Part shown: positions 60,871 through 64,000 of the stretch, one piece after another
Layout of the letters: each line of letters opens with the position of its first letter
Numbering within the stretch: the stretch's first letter is position 1
Assembly: GCF_018350175.1 (NCBI RefSeq)
Contig: NC_058373.1
Location: 42,284,001 to 42,348,000, forward strand
Direction: 5' to 3'
Source of the DNA: Felis catus
Lineage: Eukaryota
DNA: 64,000 bases
Position numbers and translations under genes: made by a program
Notes under the pieces: model-generated
What the model was told of the DNA's origin: nothing
The model's input: only the letters and a program-made list of their open reading frames with translations
Databases searched by the model: none

Positions 60871-63289
60871 TATATAACGCTATGGATTATAAACCACATT
60901 GTGCTATAATTCAGTGGTGATGGGTCCCGACTTCAGAAATAACATATACAAACTCAAGTTCATATGTGGAATGATTACACATCAACTAAGCACAAATGTC
61001 AAGTGTTCATTACCCACAGATGAAAATTCAAGTGTTTTTTAAAAGCCAAATTGAGGTTAAAAGCTAAACATTTCTAAGTAAGGAGCCAATCAGTAAGCAC
61101 TGAGGAACAGAAAAATGGAGAGGCAGCCCCTGAAGAAGTCACTATGAAGCCCGGAAGACAGATGGCCCCCAAAGTATCAGGAGGCCAAGCAGCTCAAGTG
61201 TGAAATGACTCTCACGCCCGCGGTCACTTCAGTTATATCTGGTCTCAACACTGGCTTCTTAGCCCCAGCTGCAGCCAACAGAGGGGATCCTGACAAGGCT
61301 GCGTCCCTCTCACCTGAGGCTGGAGGACCCAAGCAGGGAGTCAGGCAGCGGCTGGCGCTCACCAGTGGTTCGGGAACCTAGCCAGCTACTTCCTCAAAGC
61401 CTCAGGGTCCTCATGTGGACAGAGCGCTAACAACAAAGACCTTTCAGGGTGAAGGGAGAGTGGGTTTTGTGAGAAGACTTGCAAATTCCAGCAAGCTGGA
61501 GACCGAAGGGAAGAAGAAACCACAGCCCAGAAGAGGAGGGGGGATTCCTGCAGAAAGGGGACGTTCCAGGAGGTAGACAGGGGAAGATGTTCCCAACCAA
61601 GAGCACTTCCCCCAGCATGGACAATGGCAGCAACAGAGGAGGGAAGCTGGACAGTTGGCATCTCAGGGACCTGTATTTTCCAGGACAGATGGGAGAAGCA
61701 TACTCTATTGAAAAAAAAAGGGGGGGGGGTGCTGAGGAAGGGGCAGCATAAAGGGACTTAAAGCAAGGTGACAAATCTGCATACTTTGTGGAGGAACCAG
61801 AGCATGTGTGGCCCAGGGGCCCCACTAAGGGCACCACATGGGAAGAGAGCTGAGCAGAGGCAGTGGTTATCATGTGTGTGATTACCAGTTTCAGATGGGT
61901 CCCCACATGTGGCCATGGAACCTTCGTTCTCCCCGGCTCAGGGCGAGGGCATCAGGGAGCTGGAGTCCCTCAGAAGAGGTCTAGCTAAAGGACCAAGTGA
62001 AAGCAGGGAGACAGGCAGAGCGGGAAGACAAGGAGGAGTTGAGATAAGGAGGTTTCAGCGAGGTCAAAGATCAGGTGAGAGACAGGTCAACAGGGTGTCA
62101 TCAGGATGAGAAGATCAAGGGGCACAATTTCTAGACAAACCACACCTCATTCAGGGTGTGACAATGAAAACCGGAAAGTAAGGCCTCAACAGCAGGCCAA
62201 AGCTCAGTTTAGGAGCTGGGTGGTTAAAGGGTTCACGGACAGGGGCACACCACCTTGGGTATTTGGGGACATCTTTCCTCAGCTGTAGGATTCTTTTCCA
62301 CGGCTGTGATTTTGCCCTCGAGGGGGTGGGCTAAACTCTTTGCTGTCCCAGAAAGTAAATCTGTCCAGCACCAAGGCATGGAACCCTGTGCCTCCCCAGG
62401 GCTGGGCTCAGCGTGGACGCCTTGGAGCCTCAAGCTTTCTGACGCTTCCAGAAGGAGGCATCCAAGAAAGACATCCCAAGTGTAACTGGCCTGACACCCA
62501 TCCCTACGGAGGCCCTGTGAACCTGAGCCAAAGGGCTGGTGGGAGAAGAAGGTCTGATGTACAGTGGAATCTCATAGAGAATAACTAATAGCTTTGAGGG
62601 AAAATGAAGAGCCTGGGGAGTGCACACAGCAGCTTCCTGGTGAGGCCAGGGCTGGACGTGAGAGAGGCACATGGCTAAGGAACAGCCCCTGGGCGAAGAT
62701 GGAGAAAGGTGCAGCAGGAGGAGGGGCAGGACACACGAGGAGGGCAAGCGCGAGGTGGCAGCGGGGAGTCGGGTGGCCCGCCAGGGCAGCAGAGGCAGGG
62801 GGCCACGACAATAGCCTGGAATGAAAGCACTGGGAAGCAGCATGCCGGGTGCACTTCTGTCCCCAGTAGAACGCGCAGTCATCAGATACTCAATTTTCAG
62901 GTACTTCCAGACCTCTGGCTGGTACCACATAGACTTGGCATCAACAGTCCAGCATAGAGTGGATAAAACGGATTTTGGGGGTCAGAGGGCGCTGTCAGCA
63001 GCCCACCTTAGGGCACGCATGTGGGGCCGAACTTCCAGGCAACCGAAGGCTCCATTTCCTTCGAGAAAGAGGCTGTGCCTCGGGTCCAGCCAGAGAACCC
63101 AGAAGGAGGAACCTGACTTGTATTCCTTCACAGTGCCAGGCAACAGGTACGGCATCTCCATACATCAATACATGAGACACAGAGAGAACGAAAGGCAGTC
63201 CGGTACCTGTCCCGCCCTGGAACGTGGTGATTAAATGGAGAGTACAGAGTAGACTAAAAGACCGAAGAGACTCATCAACCAGATGAAAT

Positions 63290-63592
63290 ATTTAGTATTA
63301 AATATTTTTAGGTTTCATACTGGTTCATATGTTTTTAGGCATGGTAATTACATTTAGGAAAAGAACTTCAACCTTTTAGAGTTGCACATTGAACTATATA
63401 CACATGCACACACACGGATGAAATGCCATGTTGAGGATTTATCTCAAAATAAGCCAGCGAGGGGAAAACTCCTTCCTCTTTTGTTCTTGATGATACAAAA
63501 TGGATCGTGTATGAGCCATGAAAGCTGGGTGATGGGGGCTTGCACTGCTCTTCCTCCTTCTGCAGATGTTTGCAATTTCCTATTAAAAAACA
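63290..63592 (+). mobile_element. L1MC4/L1ME-type 3'-end fragment
   Basis: CTTTTAGAGTTGCACATTGAACTAT...GGATGAAATGCCATGTTGAGGATTTATCTCAAAATAA...AAGCTGGGTGATGGG...TGTTTGCAATTTCCTATTAAAAA. Confidence 0.7.
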
Positions 63593-64000
63593 ACATGGAG
63601 GCAGCATTGTTTTTAACTAATTGTGTTAGTATGATGACATTTCTGCAATGAACTCCGAACGCTGAAAGTATGATGAGAATGCTTTCAAGGCAGTCCCTTT
63701 AACAGTTCCATAGGAATAGAGTATTTCAAGTTTTCCAAAGAAGCAAGACTGCCTGGCTTCAAGTACAGGCAGTCACGCTTGACAAGGTCCGGGGACAACA
63801 TCTGCCCCAGCAGTGTGTCACCGTGACATCAAAATTTGGCACCTTCCCCTCTGAAGCCGTGAGCTAAGTTTGACTGATTCACAGGCATGATGGGCAAGAG
63901 ACTCCTGTCAGGCTTTGTTGCCCAGTTGAGAAATCAAGCAACGGAAAGGTGCCAACTATAGGGCCCATCTCTCAAGCACTATCACTGTGACTGGTATCCC

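Noticed and set aside
62430-62930. 166-aa minus-strand ORF and overlapping ORFs at 61386-63234
   Set aside because: ORFs are open in several frames on both strands, as expected from higher GC content. No protein family is recognisable.
1-64000. CRISPR array, prokaryotic operon or endogenous retrovirus gag/pol/env
   Set aside because: No regularly spaced repeat-spacer array, no gene-dense structure, and only solo MaLR LTRs without internal coding sequence.

Overview
Mammalian non-coding DNA, almost certainly from a felid: it carries many CAN-SINE (SINEC_Fc-type, tRNA-derived) elements, including very young copies with perfect 16-17 bp target-site duplications. It comes from a draft assembly with four short N gaps. 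I find no intact protein-coding gene, no genuine tRNA/rRNA gene and no CRISPR array. The listed ORFs are chance frames, SINE/L1 read-through or gap artefacts. A large part of the window is layered transposon debris (L1MA/MB/MC/MD/ME fragments, L2, MIR, MLT1 LTRs, MER20/33/58/82, Tigger2, Charlie). Family names come from my recollection of consensus sequences and were not computed. The unique DNA holds a series of minus-strand exon-like units with strong acceptor and donor pairs (47018-46941, 43657-43481, 18025-17806, 14151-14064), each closed in all three frames or rich in uORFs. With the L1 orientation bias, this suggests the window lies in the multi-exon 5'UTR or a lncRNA portion of a large minus-strand gene that I cannot name. 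The most notable oddities are a 150-bp local duplication of one candidate exon body that may have formed a second exon, four perfect nuclear-receptor half-sites in 26 bp (DR1 plus DR2), and three SINEs stacked at one target site about 10-30 bp from a splice donor. Nothing here supports a claim of a new biological system; the findings are testable leads.
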